A stretch of DNA of 64,000 nucleotides from positions 226,315 to 290,314 of the forward strand of contig NIVC01000670.1 in assembly GCA_002269645.1 (NCBI GenBank). The letters are read 5' to 3'. Positions 1 through 13,230 of this stretch are shown in pieces (within the stretch, counting starts at the first letter, position 1; every line of letters begins with the position of its first letter). The notes under the pieces are model-generated. The model was given only the letters and a program-made list of their open reading frames with translations. It did not search any database and had not been told where the DNA came from. This DNA is from Macrostomum lignano (taxonomy: Eukaryota). The position numbers and the translations under genes are program-made.

Positions 1-68
1 GCCCAACATAGATTGTGTCACTTCAAGAGGTTTGTCCAGCCTTTGAACTAACAAATATGGACACTTCT

Positions 69-149
69 AAAATGTTGGCATAATGAAAATACTCATTTTT
101 GGAAAGTTTCATGTCAATAGCTAAAAAAATGTGCATACAGTAAATTTAA
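69..149 (+). repeat. Dispersed repeat fragment, near-identical to 30344-30424
   Basis: AAAATGTTGGCATAAT...TTTCATGTCAATAGCTAAAAAAATGTGCATACAGT occurs here and about 30 kb downstream in the same orientation; probably a non-coding part of a DNA transposon. Confidence 0.75.
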
Positions 150-1389
150 TGAATGTTTCATCATGATAGCGAAGAAAGCATACATGCGATGCATGTAATA
201 CATGTTTTCTATTAATTTCATTGTCTTTCCATTGAATTTTTGAATAGCCATTATATTATGCCGCATTGTTGGCTCCCAACTGAAATTCAAAAGCCTTTTT
301 AATAGTCAACAAATCCTATGTGTATAGGTTCTTTGTTACTAGAAGGAAGGAAGCCATATAATTTATAATGAGTTGTAAAGTTAAAACATTGATCGATAGT
401 GCTATGATTAGGTTAGAGCCATACTGGTATTTTGAGATAAGGTTGTTTCCATATGCGAACTTAACTTTTCGATTATGAATCGCCATTGCCTATTGCCTAT
501 TTAGTATTTGTTGCGTGCTCGATAAATTCAAATAATTATATTAAACTTTACTATAAATTAAATTTTCGCCAAAGAGAGGCACTGCTAAACAACTATTAAG
601 TGCAATAAAATACCTTTGTCTAAACAAAGTCAAAAAAGAATTTGCGTCTAAACTCTGCATTTTCATGGTGTTTATTTTGCTAAGACGGTATTACATGCGT
701 ATTGGTCATTTCTTCTGAACATTTACATTTCGTCCGGGTGTGAAGTAAAAGTGAAAGCCGAGACTTAATTTGTCCGGTGCTTTTTCTACTTGCTACTTAA
801 AGTAGCGTTAAGACAATCTACCGAAGATAAAGTTCAGCTATTAGCGTGCAAAATGTGCACATGATGACGTACATTTGGGGCCTATAAATTTGTCGTGATT
901 TCAAAGCGAGAAAAAGTGCAACACTAATCGAAACGACTTTACATGTACATGTATAATAATTTTATGAATATTCGTATGTCGGATTTCGTTTACCTCCGGG
1001 AGGTATATAGTACATTTACGCCGGCAACACTTTCACATCACATACTGTATAACCAAGGACTACTGGACTAGAAGGGACGCAATAAAACTTGCAAATTAAT
1101 GGTGCAAAATAGTTGAAGGCCGATTATTTAAATTCTAGCTGTATCTCCAAATCGATTTGCATGTAGAAGGTGTGACATTGTCAATTTTAGCAGCCCCGTC
1201 AAGGGCCGTTTTAACATACGGTACCAATCTGTAATATTGTTAATTTAATGGTCCCGTACTCTCACGTCTGCTTAAAGTAGTGGCTAAAGAATTTTAAATA
1301 ACTTGCGTACGTTTGTAAGCCTCAGTACAGTAGGCAATCGATAATTCCTGTTTTTCTCGCCGGCCAATAGAAAAGCCGCGCATAAATTA

Positions 1390-1959
1390 TGTTAGCCTAG
1401 CCTGAAATTAAGTTCTCCGCGCGCACCCACCCCAGCCCGCTTTTTATCAGTCCTGTCTGGCTGGGGCGCTCGGGGTCTCCTGCCTTCTCGCTTCCCCCTT
1501 TCTCTACTGGCCTCTTGCTCCTTGCTTGTTTACTCGTTAGCCAGCCTTAGGCTCCTTGGACTCTTGCCACTCCGGCACTCCATGTTTGCTTGCCTTCTCT
1601 CCGCCTCACTCCGCCACGGTTCTAAACCACGCCTCTGCCAAGCCTCAGTCACGCCACTCTACTGTCTGTTCGAGCTCTCGCTGCGAGCACCGCCGCCACA
1701 CGTTCACTGTCACCACGCTGTTTACCATTGCCTCAGGCTCCTCGACTCGTTCTTTCGCCTACCAGAATTTATCTATCTTATTGTTGAGCAACCGCCAGTG
1801 CACTCCTTCCGGATTCAGCAATTACTCTGCCCTATCGCTTGGCCGCCCAGGCAGAACTGATAATAGCAAGCTTAACTATCCTCTTATATTGTTACAATAA
1901 ACAAGACTGCGGCCATTGCCCGCATCAGTTGTACCATCTCATCAAGTGCTACCGCTACA
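1390..1959 (+). mobile_element. Possible solo LTR
   Basis: Starts TGTTAG and ends CTACA, has an internal AATAAA near 1894, GC-richer than its flanks; flanking 5-mers AATTA/AATTG match at 4 of 5. No partner LTR in the window. Confidence 0.35.
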
Positions 1960-2089
1960 AATTGTGCCTCGATCTGCCGTGTTGTCTCGTTAATCATTTT
2001 CGAGTCTGCCAAATAAATCGTCACAGAAGGTTACTTTTTTCGTTAGATTGTTCAGAAATTTGTCCCCTATCGAGTAAGTCATTTAGTTT

Positions 2090-5000
2090 CCCGGTGGGAA
2101 AACTCGTAGCGGCCCTCTGGCGGCCCGTGCGAGATTTGACGCTATCGTGGCGACAAGAGGAGAAACATAAATCCGTGTAAAATTCGGAATAGAAAGGATT
2201 GCCTGAGTCTCGTTAACTATTTATTTATGATGTTAGACGCGCAGAGTGTGAATTGGGATCAAATTTTTTTGAGCGGCATGCTAGCTACTCATCGCTTGGA
2301 GAATGGCGTACTGGCTACAGTCGTAGTAGTGCCGCTGCGGTAAAATAAAACAAAATATGAATGAATAAATATGTTAATGAATCTCTACCTTTCATGATTA
2401 CCCCTTCCCACCATCTCTCTCACATTATCAGTCGTGCAAGTCTTTGGAGAAGTGATACACTTGATTTTTTCTTGCTTTTTAAATTATTGTCGGATATATT
2501 GGTCTGAGCAGTCACATATTCATTCATTTTCAAACTCATTTTTCCTCTCTGCCAAAGCTCACCTACTTTTTGCGGCTCTATGCTTTCTATGTTTTTAGAC
2601 AGTTTAAAGATAAGAAGAGTGAAATGGATAAGCATGGTTTCTACTACTATTGTGATTGCCTCATTCCCAAAATTGCTATCTTATCGGTTGTTTGTAACAT
2701 AAGTTAAGAAAGAAGTGTGTTGTCCTGGTTAGTGGTTAGTGGTTCAGCTGTGTCTATGACTATGTGGTATATGGCCTGCTGTGAAGAATGAAGTTAGGCA
2801 TAGAATAACCTATCCTAAAGCTAGACTAGAGTACATTAGCAAGCTAGGCCTATATACTACATAGGCTTGAAGATTGTCCTTTTATCTCTGAATGAGCAGT
2901 TAAAAATTTAGCTGTTTGACTTTGATAAATGAATTTGCCATTCACTAATATGTAATGAGTAGACTATGATTGCCTTACACATCTCAATTGCTTGGACCTG
3001 TTTTTTGCTTAGTTGAGGGCCAGCCTAGTTAAGATCTGTCTAAACTAGCAATATTTGTGCCATTTGCTATCTTGGCCTATTTAAATGATATATATTTTTT
3101 GATGTGCTAAAATAGATTTTGTGGCTCAAATGGCTACTGGCTTTGTGGCTGTATTTTTTGTTGCTAAGCTATGTCAAAAACTTCTGTCCAAACCTAGCTG
3201 CAGTGTTGCCACTATTGACATTCTTTATTATAAGCTTTGTCTAAGCGTAGTAAGCCAAGTAAGTTATACTTTTCTATATTAGGCTTAGCCACTAGTTATA
3301 TATATAATGCTAGGCCCTAACCTGCTATTTTTCACTTTTTGTAAATGACAGCAAGGGGTTGTAGTACAATATAGGGTAATTTATCATCAACCAAATGAGG
3401 AATCTTCAAACCAAATGGATAGATAGCATATTTCTTTTATTTACCATTGAATAGCTTGACCAAATTCTTTAAATTTGTATATTAAGACATTTTTGTATAT
3501 GCTCATTGTAATTAATTTGAAATTGTGCAGAGATAAGCTATGGTGTGCTCATATTCTCTATTAATTAATGTACTGGTCAAAGATGGTATATTTTTCTTTT
3601 CATTAAAATTTTATATTTTTCAATGAAGGTTTTACTTTTTATATGATATAAGTAAGATATCAAAAAAAAGCTATAAAAAATTCCATAGGGTATATGCATC
3701 ATTTATGCTATTGTAGTGCCATTTAACTGTTTATAGAAATCCTACTGCTTAGCCACCAAGTTGTACTAGGGGTGTTTGAATTATCTTAACTTATCTCACT
3801 ATTGCCACCAAGTTGTTACAGGTTCTATTTACTGTTCTTGAGTTATTTTACTATATCCCACCACTGATACCAAGTTGTTGTAGGGTTTCTTAGAAATCTT
3901 AAAACAAATTTTATAATTTTTGAAGTTTATTTATAAGCTGGCCATTTAAACCAGTTAAATTTACTAGAAGTTAAGTTATAAGGTTAGAACTATGGGCTTT
4001 CACATAAGTACAGATTGCCCTGGTAGCGCACAGTGCCCAAGCAGCAAGACACTGTTTAGCTAAGGGGGATAAAGTCCTAAAAGTAGCATTTCCAATGGAC
4101 CAAGGGTGCCCAGTGAATTCTAATTTCCTGTTTACGGATTTTCTTGTGTCACTCATGACCTGTCATTGGTTGTTCAGTTCGAACGAGCATCTGGGATATT
4201 CCCCTTTTTTGTATTGGCCAATTACGAAGTTTTCATAATATATTTTTCCTATTTAAATGGCTAAGTCCTATGATCTAGATAGATTGAATATTTCGATTTT
4301 TCACATAAATGGCTATAACTTTGTCTACTTACATTTGACCATCCAAAATAAGTGAAAGGAACATCATAAAACCTATTTCTAATAGATCCTATTATCAAAA
4401 TTAAAATTAAAATAAAAAATTTGAAACATTGCTACTGATTGTCTAGTATAAACACTTGTTTTAAAGTATTTTTCCTCTTCCTATAGCCATTTAATTTTCT
4501 TTAACAGTCTGCTTTGTCACTTATCGTTTACTATGCCTTTTTAGCACAGTAAACAGTTTATTGATAATGTCCAGTCTTTATTTCTATATATTTTTAGAGC
4601 TCACTGTTGTAAACTAACCAAATACTCGTATTAATATGTCTTAAATGGAAACCTGTCAGCATTGTTTTAAGTAATATGTGTTACAATTATTTTAACCATA
4701 CTATATGTCAGTGTTGGCAATGAATAAAAATATCTACATTTTGTATCAATTGATGCTTTCACTATGGCGTGAACCGCCATAAGCGACGTCTGCTAGAAAG
4801 CATGGCTAATGAAGAAGTTGCAGCAAGTAGTGCACAGCTACATGATGCTACTGAATCTGCTGAACAAGTTGAAGTTCAATTTAGTCATGTCTGCAGTTGA
4901 CAATCGATTGCGCTTCATCGGCCAGTTGGAGGACGTAACAAAACAGGCCGCACTGCAATCTTTCCCAAAGAGCAACGAGCGGGAGATTGAGCAAGCTATA

Positions 5001-5862
5001 GCGGCAGCTTTGAAGAACGCGGCTGACAGGATGGGTGGCAGACAGCGCCGGATGAAAAGCAAGAACAATGAGCCGGAGTGAGCGCTGCTTTTGTGACTTG
5101 TGAGTTGCAAGCAATTAACTAACAATGAGCAATCAGCCCACGTCCTCCTTCAGACGGGGGGCTTCTTATCTCCTTATCTTCCTTCTCACCCACTTAGTCC
5201 TCTTCATCTTCATGATTCGATCCATTTATTCTCAATCCTCTGCTCCCACTGATACTCCTCTATCCCACCTCTTCATCTCTCTCCCCTCTTCCCCGCTTTC
5301 TCCTTATCCTCTTCTTTTTTCTCTTCTCTCGTCCTCTTTCTTTTTTGTCCTCAGTCTTCGTATTTGCTTTAATTTTGTCCTGCTCTGTATTTGTCTTTGC
5401 TTTTTGTCTTGCTTTTAATATTGAACCAAATATATACTGTATATATATTGACTGTTGACTGTCACTGGTCAACAATCACAAACTTTTTATGTAGAAAATG
5501 CGACAAAATATACTTATACCTTATTCTATCATCCTATTAACAAGCAAAGAACTTAATGAGCATGAAATAATAGCACACTCTTCTTAAAATCATTTTACTC
5601 CGATGCTGCCGTCTGATAAATGTTGCCGTTCCTGCGTATTTTGCTGGTGGCAACCAGCAAGTGGCAACTATGCCTCTAGAAAATCAGCAGTACTGCTGGA
5701 AAAGTAGCGGGCATCTCACTGTAAATCAAGTAGTAGTACTGTACTGCAGTAGTAGTAGCGCCAGCGCTGCCGGTAAAGCGGCGGCAAAGTGGCGGCATGC
5801 CGCTAGCATATCAGCACTTCTGGCGGCAGCGCTGGCGGACCGCCAGCTTTTTTCCCACCGGG
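2090..5862. mobile_element. CMC/EnSpm-type non-autonomous DNA transposon (3.8 kb)
   Basis: 13-bp perfect TIR CCCGGTGGGAAAA at 2090 and TTTTCCCACCGGG ending 5862; 2-bp TSD TT; GGCGGC-rich subterminal repeats. Confidence 0.8.
4809..5081 (+). pseudogene. DUF4806-like C-terminal fragment carried by the CMC element
   Basis: ...FPKSNEREIEQAIAAALKNAADRMGGRQRR resembles the C-terminal end of DUF4806 proteins found with CMC-type transposons; the N-terminal part is not recognisable. Confidence 0.5.
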
Positions 5863-6393
5863 TTAGCTCCCACTATAGATTTAGATGCAAGAAAATCCTA
5901 TACAATGTAGAATACCCGGCCTATATTTTGGGGCGTTTGAATCTTCAAGCAACAATTAATTAGTAGCTAACCAAAAGTCTGGTGCAATTTTTTTGTGAAT
6001 TTACGCTCGTTGTAAAAGCTAATAACTGTAATAACCTAACAATACGACTAAACCACAACATAGCTGAGTGTTTATGGTTACATATACCGCAATTGTTTGG
6101 AAGAAATAAGAAACAAATGACTGCAAATATCAAACAATCATGTTAAAAATCATCGAATAATTTTTCTTGGTAGCTAAATGTATACGACAACAAGAATCGG
6201 CCTTACACTTTTTTTACATAAATCGAGAGTGTAACGTCCTTATAACGAAGTGTTCATACATGTAGTGGTCCTTGCACATAACCTGTAGGATGTAAACAGC
6301 TAACGGCCCTTAATTTGACATGAGGCCCTGAGGCAAACATGTACACACCTCAACTGAGAAGTGCATAGACTTCAGGTATCCATATGCTTAAGT

Positions 6394-8989
6394 CGGCAGA
6401 CGACCGCGGCCGGGGCGGTGTCGGCGTACTGATCCGACCGCGCCTTCGGCAGAGCGTGCACTGCGCTTCGTTGTCGACGCGACTGATGCGGGTCGACCTG
6501 TGCCTGCACGCCCGCTGCATCCGGCTTTTCTGCGCGTATGCACCCACAGCTGCTCACCCCGAGGAGGCGATCGTGCCTTCTTCGACTTCCTGGCTGGGCA
6601 GCTGGAAGAGGTGCCAAACCGCGACACGCTGGCGGTGCTCGGAGACCTGAACGCAGTTCCACGGGGGTCCGAGCGCTCGCCCTTTGTCGCGGGACGCGAG
6701 AACGCCAACACCGATGCACTGGAGGACCTGCTTGACAGGCTGGACCTGGTGTCCGCAAACACCCAGTTCCCTGCCCGCCTGGTTACCTTTGCGTGCTGCT
6801 AGAGAAGGCGACAAAACGCACGCGGGCGGAACGCCACGAGGAGACTGGCGCAATTCGATCATGCGCTGGTTCGCACTCGCGAGCGCCGCCGCGTCACCAA
6901 CTGCGACACCATGGCTTCGCTGGCTCTCCGGTCAGACCATCAACTTCTGCTCTGCGACTTGCGGCTCCAAGACCAGCTCTATCGACAGATAAAGCACTGG
7001 CTCTGTCGAACACCCGCGTGAAGCGTCAATCGCGGGCGCCTTCGTCGGCGCGCTTGGAGAGCAGCGCGAGGCGGAGTATTCCGACATCAGCACCGCAGTT
7101 AGAGTTAGAGCCTCTGCGGAGCAGACGGTCCCGCAGATGCGGCCAGCAAAAAAATCGCGGCCTGTCTGGCAGAGCGACCCGACCATCAGGCAGGCGCGGC
7201 TCAACATCGAGCAACTCCGCAGAAACCGTCCCACGGGCGACGCTGCAGACGCGTTTGAGCACCTTCTAGACGAGCGGCAGCAGGCCGCTGTCGACGACGC
7301 CATTAGGTCCATTACTGCAGCCGGCCCCGACGTGAAGAGCCGCGCAGTGTGGACGGCCGTCCGGACTCTGACGGGGCGCAGAAAGCGCGTGGCGCTGAAC
7401 CTGGCCGGCGACACCCCAGAGGAGCGCAGGAATGAATTGCGCGACTTCTTCGCCGGCATCGTGAACGCGCCTGCGTCGCCGCTGCCCGCCAGCTTTGCGC
7501 TCCTACTGGACACGCTGCTCCCAGCTGAGGAGGACTTCTGCACCAGACCATTCACCACGGAGGACGTTGTGCTGTTCGCTCGGAAAACATCAGGCGGCAA
7601 GGCGCTCGGCCCTGACGGCTCCGCTGTGTGGCCTCTCAGGTCACAGGCGTCATAAACCGCGTGCTGGCCGGCGCTCCTGTGCCCTCCGAGTGGACCGTCG
7701 CGCACATTGTGCCGATCCTGAAGAAGGCAGGGACAACGTGGAAAGAAGACCACCACGGGATCTCGATGATGTCCTGCACAGCGTAGCTCTTTAACCGGCT
7801 GCTGCTCGATCGTCTGCAGCCGGTGCTGAACCCGTACCTGCAGAACGAATTCCGGCCGCAACGCGGTACAGTGACACAGATCTTCGCACTCCGCCGTGTC
7901 ATCGAGGTCATCGCCGTGTCCCCTTCGTCCTTCGAGCCTACCGGGTCCCGCAGCAGCTAATCGACGCGATACTCGAGCTGCTGTGGTGACGGCGGACGGC
8001 CTGTCTAACCTGTTCGACACTTCGTCAGGAGTTCTGCAGGGCGACACACTAGCGCTCCTCTTCGTGCTGCTGCTTGACTGGGTGCTTCGGACCGCACTTC
8101 CCTCGGCTGACGACGGCTTCCTGCTGCGCAGACACATCGGTCGCAGTCACGGCGAAAAGCGCCTGAGTGTGCTTGGATACGCCGACAACCTCGCCCTCCT
8201 GTCCTCGTCCGTTGAAGGCGCCCAGCGCCAGATCGACAGGCTGGTCGAGATGGCATCGAGAGTCGGTCTGGTTGTCAACACGCTGAAGACCCAGGTGCTG
8301 ACTGTGCCGGCCGACATCACAGCGGACATGACATGCCACGGTGCAGACGGGCAGACGACCAAGCTCGCACGCTGCCAGCGGTTCACCTACCTCGGCGGTC
8401 TGGTGTCCCACGTGGAGGAAGACCTCCGGCGGCGCAGAGGACTTGCCTGGGCTTCCTTCCGTTCGATCCGGGCCGTCATCCAGTCTAAAGCGCTGCCCGA
8501 CCGCCAGAGGGCTCGGCTGTGGCAGGCGGTGGTCGAAACCGTCCTGCTATATAATGCTAAGACATGGACGCTGACGACTACGCTGGAGCGGCAGTTGGAC
8601 TCGGTGTACTCAGGGCTGCTCCGTGCAGCCTTTCGAGCTGACGAGGGCGTCGGGACCGAGGCCCTGTACGATCGGGCCTAGCTGCAACGCCCGTCCACCA
8701 TCCTGCGTCGGCGGCGACTTCAACTGGCGGGCTACGTGATCCTGGCCGAGGGCTACTGCGCCCAACCCGTTCAAGATGTCCTGCTGCTCACCTTGCAGGG
8801 CCCGTTCAGGCGGGGTCAGGCCCAAACCCGTCGATACGTGGACTGCCTGCTGTGCGACGCTGGGGCGCCCGACACTGCCAACGGGGCGGACTTCGTCCGC
8901 TCTCAGGCTCAGCGGCGTGCCCTCTGACGCAGCCTGCTCTAACTGCGGCCTTGCATGCGGGGCTGCGTAATTTGTTGTTGTTGTTGTTG
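6394..8989 (+). mobile_element. 5'-truncated, decayed RTE-like non-LTR retrotransposon (APE endonuclease + RT)
   Basis: Fragments CAYAPT, LGDLNA (APE); GVLQGDTLA, GYADN (YADD mutated), FTYLG (RT) across frameshifts; (TTG)n tail at 8972-8989; 11-bp TSD TATGCTTAAGT at 6383-6393 and 8990-9000. Confidence 0.9.
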
Positions 8990-9000
8990 TATGCTTAAGT

Positions 9001-9160
9001 GCTTGTATTTGGCCTTTATGGGCCGTACAATGAATCACACTAAGCCATCAGTAGGCCAATGTGGCAGGAACCCATATGTAACACGCGGGATTGAACTCAG
9101 GGACATTGGTACTCGAGAGAATTACACTTGTGGAAGCGCCTCATCCCTAGCGCTATAGTC
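9001..9160 (-). mobile_element. Possible tRNA-derived SINE head, apparently interrupted by the LINE
   Basis: Minus strand has box A-like TAGCGCTAGGG and box B-like GAGTTCAATCCC; no full cloverleaf. Confidence 0.3.
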
Positions 9161-9519
9161 TGCAACTTATTCCATTTATATGTAGTACATCAACTGATAT
9201 TTCGGCGCATATATGCATTGGTACAGACACAATAGAAGTGACGTTTTTCAAGGTTATCAACTCCTTAATGTCATTGTACCTCGTATATCTATTTCTGCAT
9301 TGGTTTAGATGATGTTCATATACGAGCGTATACTCACATGGAGCAGTAGCAGTTGGATTCCAGATCAAGAAAGGCACATTTTTACTTGGTCTTCAACTGG
9401 TTAACAGTGTGTTATCTCGTACATTTACTATGTCCCGCACTACAATAAGGTTAATATCGGTGGATTTATTATATTAGATTAGTCTTTGGTAATTTCAGTT
9501 CGGACGTCACGTCAAAAAA

Positions 9520-10982
9520 TTAGCCTACTTTAGTCTGCTCGAATCGCACGTTGAGATACTTTGTGATCTCCTCACGCAGGTAGTACTGACGTCTATCTTG
9601 CTTGTCGGCCTTGTCAGGATGGTAGTGCGATAGGGCCACCATCAGGCGCTTTCTAAGCGGAAGATCCGCATCTGGCAGCTTGTTGTCTCCAATGGAGTAC
9701 ACCTTATAGATGTGCTCAAGAAAGTGTTCAATGCCGCGATCGTAATTGGTCTTGATGTCGGCCAGAGTACCGTCTGACTCCAGAACTTTGCGCAGCTCAG
9801 CGTCGTGACGCTTGGCCCCGCGCTCCTGAAGGATGCGCAGTCCCCGCTCCGCTGCGGCGAACCAGTTCTCAGAGCGACAGCCGATTTCGTGTTCACCTGT
9901 CAGGTGGCAAAGTATCAGCTGAATGCAGCGCTTGAAAAACTTTTCGGCTGAATTTTCAGCGTTGAAAACATTCAAGTAGAGACTGCCGATGTCGGAACAG
10001 ATCTCCGCCTCTAGAACAATGTCTATGTCATCTTCCGAGATTAGGTTGAGGGCAGCCTGTGTTTCCAGAGAAAAATGTTTTTGGTTATGCTTTAGAACAA
10101 TGAATTAGCTATGAGCGTATAAGACCTCAAATTCGATGTTAACCCTACCCTCAGGTGGTCCATGCCAAGCAGAGCTTCGTCCGTCATTTGCGTCGCGCTG
10201 TTCTCGCCCAGATTCTGACAGAATGCCTTGCCTCGCTACAGTTCAACCCTGCTGTGGAACACGGCCTCCTGGATGCGCTGATCTTCGCGCAGAGTCTCGA
10301 GCTCGCTGTGCAAACAATCAAAGGCATCGTCGGTTGCATTCCGACTAAGAACTCGTTCGGCCTCCTGTATGGGAAAAGGCATCTTAGCAATGTAGCTGTA
10401 CGCAAGGCCGTAGTTGAGCTTCTTGTCCAGAGCAACCGACAGGTGCAATAGCCGATTGGCGTAGTCAATAAAGACACCGGCGACCACTTCAAGGTACTCA
10501 GTGTTGCTAAAGCTGTAGCGACCAATCACGTCGCACACGCGGGCAAGATTGTCCACCAGAGCCTGGTCAGTCTCAAGATTCAGTGTCAGACTGTACATGT
10601 CCAGCAGGTCTTCCGGGAACTGCTGGACGAATCGTTGGCGCCAGCGCTCGCCCTCGCTGCCAGCCGACTTCGTCCACAGAGTGGCCTGGCGCCACGCCTC
10701 CGAGAAGCAGGCCAGGCTGGAGTGCAGGTGGTCCCAGGCTCGACTCCGCTGCTGATTGGTCCACTCAGCCAGACAGAGCTCCTTGTGCGCCACGCCGGAG
10801 TTCTTTCTGCACAGGCCCCGATCCCTGGCTGACGTGGCCGTCTCCAGGCCGAGTTTGTAGCAGTCCAGAGCCGACCACAGGTGGCGCCGCTTGTCGGCAA
10901 CGCGGCTAGAAGCTTTCGCGCTCTTGAAATGAGCGTTGCCACTCTGTCGGTGCTGCTCGCTGATGCTGCTTGCTTTGGACAT
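9520..10982 (-). pseudogene. TPR-like/J-domain-like protein paralog 1; exons 10982-10149 and 10056-9520; in-frame TAG at 10236-10238
   Basis: N-terminal TPR-like helices (HRQSGNAHFK...ALDCYKLGL); C-terminal LMVALSHYHPDK...EEITKYLN. 92-nt GT..AG phase-0 intron. Colinear with paralog 2 on both sides of the stop. Confidence 0.8.
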
Positions 10983-13064
10983 GTCTCTGGGTATCCTAGG
11001 CTAGAGATTATAGGGCGCAGAAGTGTGTATTTTTAACATACGCTTGAATTCGCGTCTTTTTAAGCTTGTCAAGAATCCAGGAGATAAATTCCAGTTTGTA
11101 TTTCCTGCACCATTTAATATCCAACTAAAAATGTACAGATGCCTTCCAGGGTTGAGCAGTGGCACAGGAAATTTTGATACCTTGTTTAGGCATTCTAATC
11201 GTTCTAACCATACTTAACTTTATCGACCAATTCTTATACTGTACTTTTTTAAATACATGACTGTACTGCTGAGTTCGCTTCGTTTTTTGTCAGGTATGCT
11301 CAAATGAGTTTGCTGTACTGCTTTTTGCGTACTGCAACTCGATGCCAATTATCAGCACACAAAGCGCGTCTCTCTAATAAGGCTTCTATTTTTAGACATG
11401 AATCTATCGGGGCATTAAGACTTTTTCTATTTCTCCATTGCCAAGAGAAGTGTCTGGATGGCGTGAATGGGTCTCACCAATTCACACTGGCTGTAAATTG
11501 AGTTTGGAAGAGTTCCCATAAGGTAATTGAAAACTATTTCGGCGAATAGGATATATTTTAGATTTTGTATATGGATTGGCAAATGTCATTTCGACAAAAC
11601 AATTTGTTTTTTTACGGCAATTAAGCCCTGTCCTGATTACAAATGGTTTTATACATACTGTATATTGCTAAAAGAAAGTTAGCGGCACCAAGGCTTTTTT
11701 ATTGGAAATGGAAAAGCTGAAATTTTTTCATCCTTCTTGACTTCGCGGATAGAACTGGAACCAGCAGTTGCTATGGCAAACTTAGCGTGACACGTTTATT
11801 TGCCATATCCTCTTTTTCTTTAGTCTTACTTCTCTTAATAACTAAAAAATAGAATGCCAAATAAATTCTAAGCCACCTGTGCATAGTAAAATAAATTTAC
11901 ACGTGCTGCTGTGTGCACTGCAGTAATTCTTTAGGCCACTATAAAAAGTTTTTCCAAACATCAAGCATTTCTCCGAAAGTGGTCAGCTTGCTTGAAGTCA
12001 ACCCTCTCCAAATTTTAAAATGAAAGTCTTCTTAACTGATGCCCCCCCCTCTGCTATCTTCCAAAAGATGTGAAACGCAAAAGGCCTCAGAGCACAGACA
12101 GCAATTGTTGCCATTGACAGTTGGTATAATTCACTAGAAATAAATAATAGAAACGTAACGCAATTTAGACTTCAGGCTGAGAAAACCGCTCAAAAACTGA
12201 ATTTCTACTATATTAAAAAGTGTCTAACTTGATAGCGATTTGATTTACTGCGCAAAATGGCATGCTAAAACAATAGTAAAGGGGTGCAGTCAGCTCAAGC
12301 TCCGAAGAGCAGTCCAGCCCCTTGGACCAAAAGGCCAAAGGATATCTTAAGGAGAGGTCTCAGAAAAGTGAAGCTGAGTGTAGATTACATGTATGTAGAT
12401 TTTACAGGTTAAAGCCTTAAAAGCGATTTGCAATATAGTCGAGTGTTACATCCCGATCCAACGGTAACTTCTAGTTTGTCCTTGGGGTATATGTAATTAC
12501 CTTCTGTCTTGTCAGCAAACACAGTATAAGTAATGGTTAATAGCTATTAAGGTTTCATAAACAGTCGTAGTGATATTGATTATAATTACTAGATCTAAAA
12601 TTTATGGTATTCTAGATCTGAATAAATAAGTAAGTAATACATGAAATGTATATTGCATACATGTGCCTACTGAGTTAGTAGTAGAAGTACGAGTAGTCTT
12701 GATCATTTTATCCCGCAGTTCAGCTGCCTACTCTCGTTCAACCGCTGAGCCGGCCGGAGCCATGGCCTTGACCTCCTGGGCGTCCTGCATCAGGGCGCAG
12801 AGCGGACAGCACAGGTGCGCCAGCAGGTCGCTGACGAAGCGGCCGGGGATGCCCTGCTTCTCGCGGATCTTGCCGCGCACAATGGCGCCGAGGCAGGGCG
12901 ACACGAACAGGTAGCCGATGCCGCAGAGCAGGCAGCTCTCCTGCACGGCCTCCGCGTTCTTGCCGAAGGTGTAGCAGGGAACCAGATAGGTGACGATGCA
13001 CAGGCCTGCGACAGGGGAGGGTCAATAATTTCATTTGTTATAATAGCTGCATTCATTTTGACTT

Positions 13065-13230
13065 GGGCATCTTCCATAGTGGTTATAGAGCGTCGGACTC
13101 ACGACTGAAAAGTCGGAGGTTCGATTCTTGATCCACTCGGAATTCAATTTGTGTCCTTGAGCAAGACACTTAGCTCTCCATTGCTTCAGTTCACCCAGTT
13201 GTAAACTTGGTAGCGGCATTAGCAGGGGTA
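13065..13230 (+). mobile_element. tRNA-derived SINE in the PLAC8-like intron
   Basis: Box A TAGTGGTTATAG, box B GGTTCGATTC, then GTGTCCTTGAGCAAGACACTT...CACCCAG, typical of conserved central domains of metazoan SINEs. Confidence 0.65.

Noticed and set aside
5125-5475. Hydrophobic and basic ORFs
   Set aside because: CT-rich low-complexity sequence inside the CMC element.
6932-8862. Minus-strand ORFs such as the 401-aa one
   Set aside because: Antisense shadows of the GC-rich LINE RT.
13065-13135. tRNA gene
   Set aside because: Box A and B are present but there is no complete cloverleaf, and a SINE core follows.
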